Shown here: positions 63,977 to 64,000 of the stretch, piece by piece
How positions within the stretch are numbered: the stretch's first letter is position 1
Layout of the letters: each line of letters begins with the position of its first letter
Assembly (NCBI GenBank): GCA_001761425.1
Contig: CP012986.1
Span: 575,980-639,979, forward strand
DNA: 64,000 nucleotides
Reading direction: 5' to 3'
Source: Nanohaloarchaea archaeon SG9
GTDB taxonomy: Archaea; Nanohalarchaeota; Nanosalinia; Nanosalinales; Nanosalinaceae
Notes under the pieces: generated by a model
What the model was told of the DNA's origin: nothing
The model's database searches: none
The model's input: the letters and a program-made list of their open reading frames with translations, nothing else
Made by a program: the position numbers and the translations under genes

Positions 63977-64000
63977 TGTATAACCTCTATATTAGGCCTT

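Noticed and set aside
1-64000. CRISPR arrays, rRNA genes, IS elements, integrases
   Set aside because: I found no regularly spaced direct repeats, no rRNA-like conserved blocks, and no transposase or integrase motifs in this window. The only mobile-element evidence is the tRNA 3'-end duplications.

Overview
This 64-kb window is a compact, gene-dense archaeal chromosomal region. Three features support an archaeal origin: two tRNAs carry canonical 37/38 introns, an Orc1/Cdc6 gene is present, and the giant gene has a TATA-like box consistent with a leaderless transcript. The predicted proteins are strongly acidic, which suggests a salt-in halophile. Overall GC is roughly mid-40s %. I infer a low-GC halophilic archaeon, possibly Nanohaloarchaeota-like or another low-GC halophile; this taxonomy is inference only.

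Housekeeping genes include pyruvate kinase, an alpha-glucan phosphorylase, thioredoxin reductase, NadE, FolC, acylphosphatase, a cold-shock protein, an aldo-keto reductase, Orc1/Cdc6, an Lrp/AsnC regulator, and a dapB-lysC-asd lysine (DAP pathway) operon. There are four tRNAs: Arg-TCG, Arg-CCT with an intron, Gly-TCC, and Ala-CGC with an intron.

The accessory content worth a second look is:
- a 3,216-aa secreted, heavily N-glycosylation-sequon-rich giant surface protein with a C-terminal TM anchor, followed by two paralogous KaiC-like ATPases;
- a GtrA/GT2/GT-C glycosylation operon;
- a non-canonical Mre11/Rad50-like pair in which the Rad50-like protein has a hydrophobic hairpin instead of a zinc hook;
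- a bacterial-type AddAB-like helicase-nuclease pair;
- a soluble FtsH-like AAA/M41 protease next to a VRR-NUC/AbrB nuclease;
- duplicated tRNA 3' ends (att-like scars);
- two homologous 67-nt tRNA introns.

The most striking sequence-level signal is a massive over-representation of the palindromic hexamer AGGCCT. It is often extended to AAGGCCTT or GAGGCCTC, and it occurs in all reading frames, on both strands, and in intergenic DNA. No CRISPR array or rRNA gene was seen.
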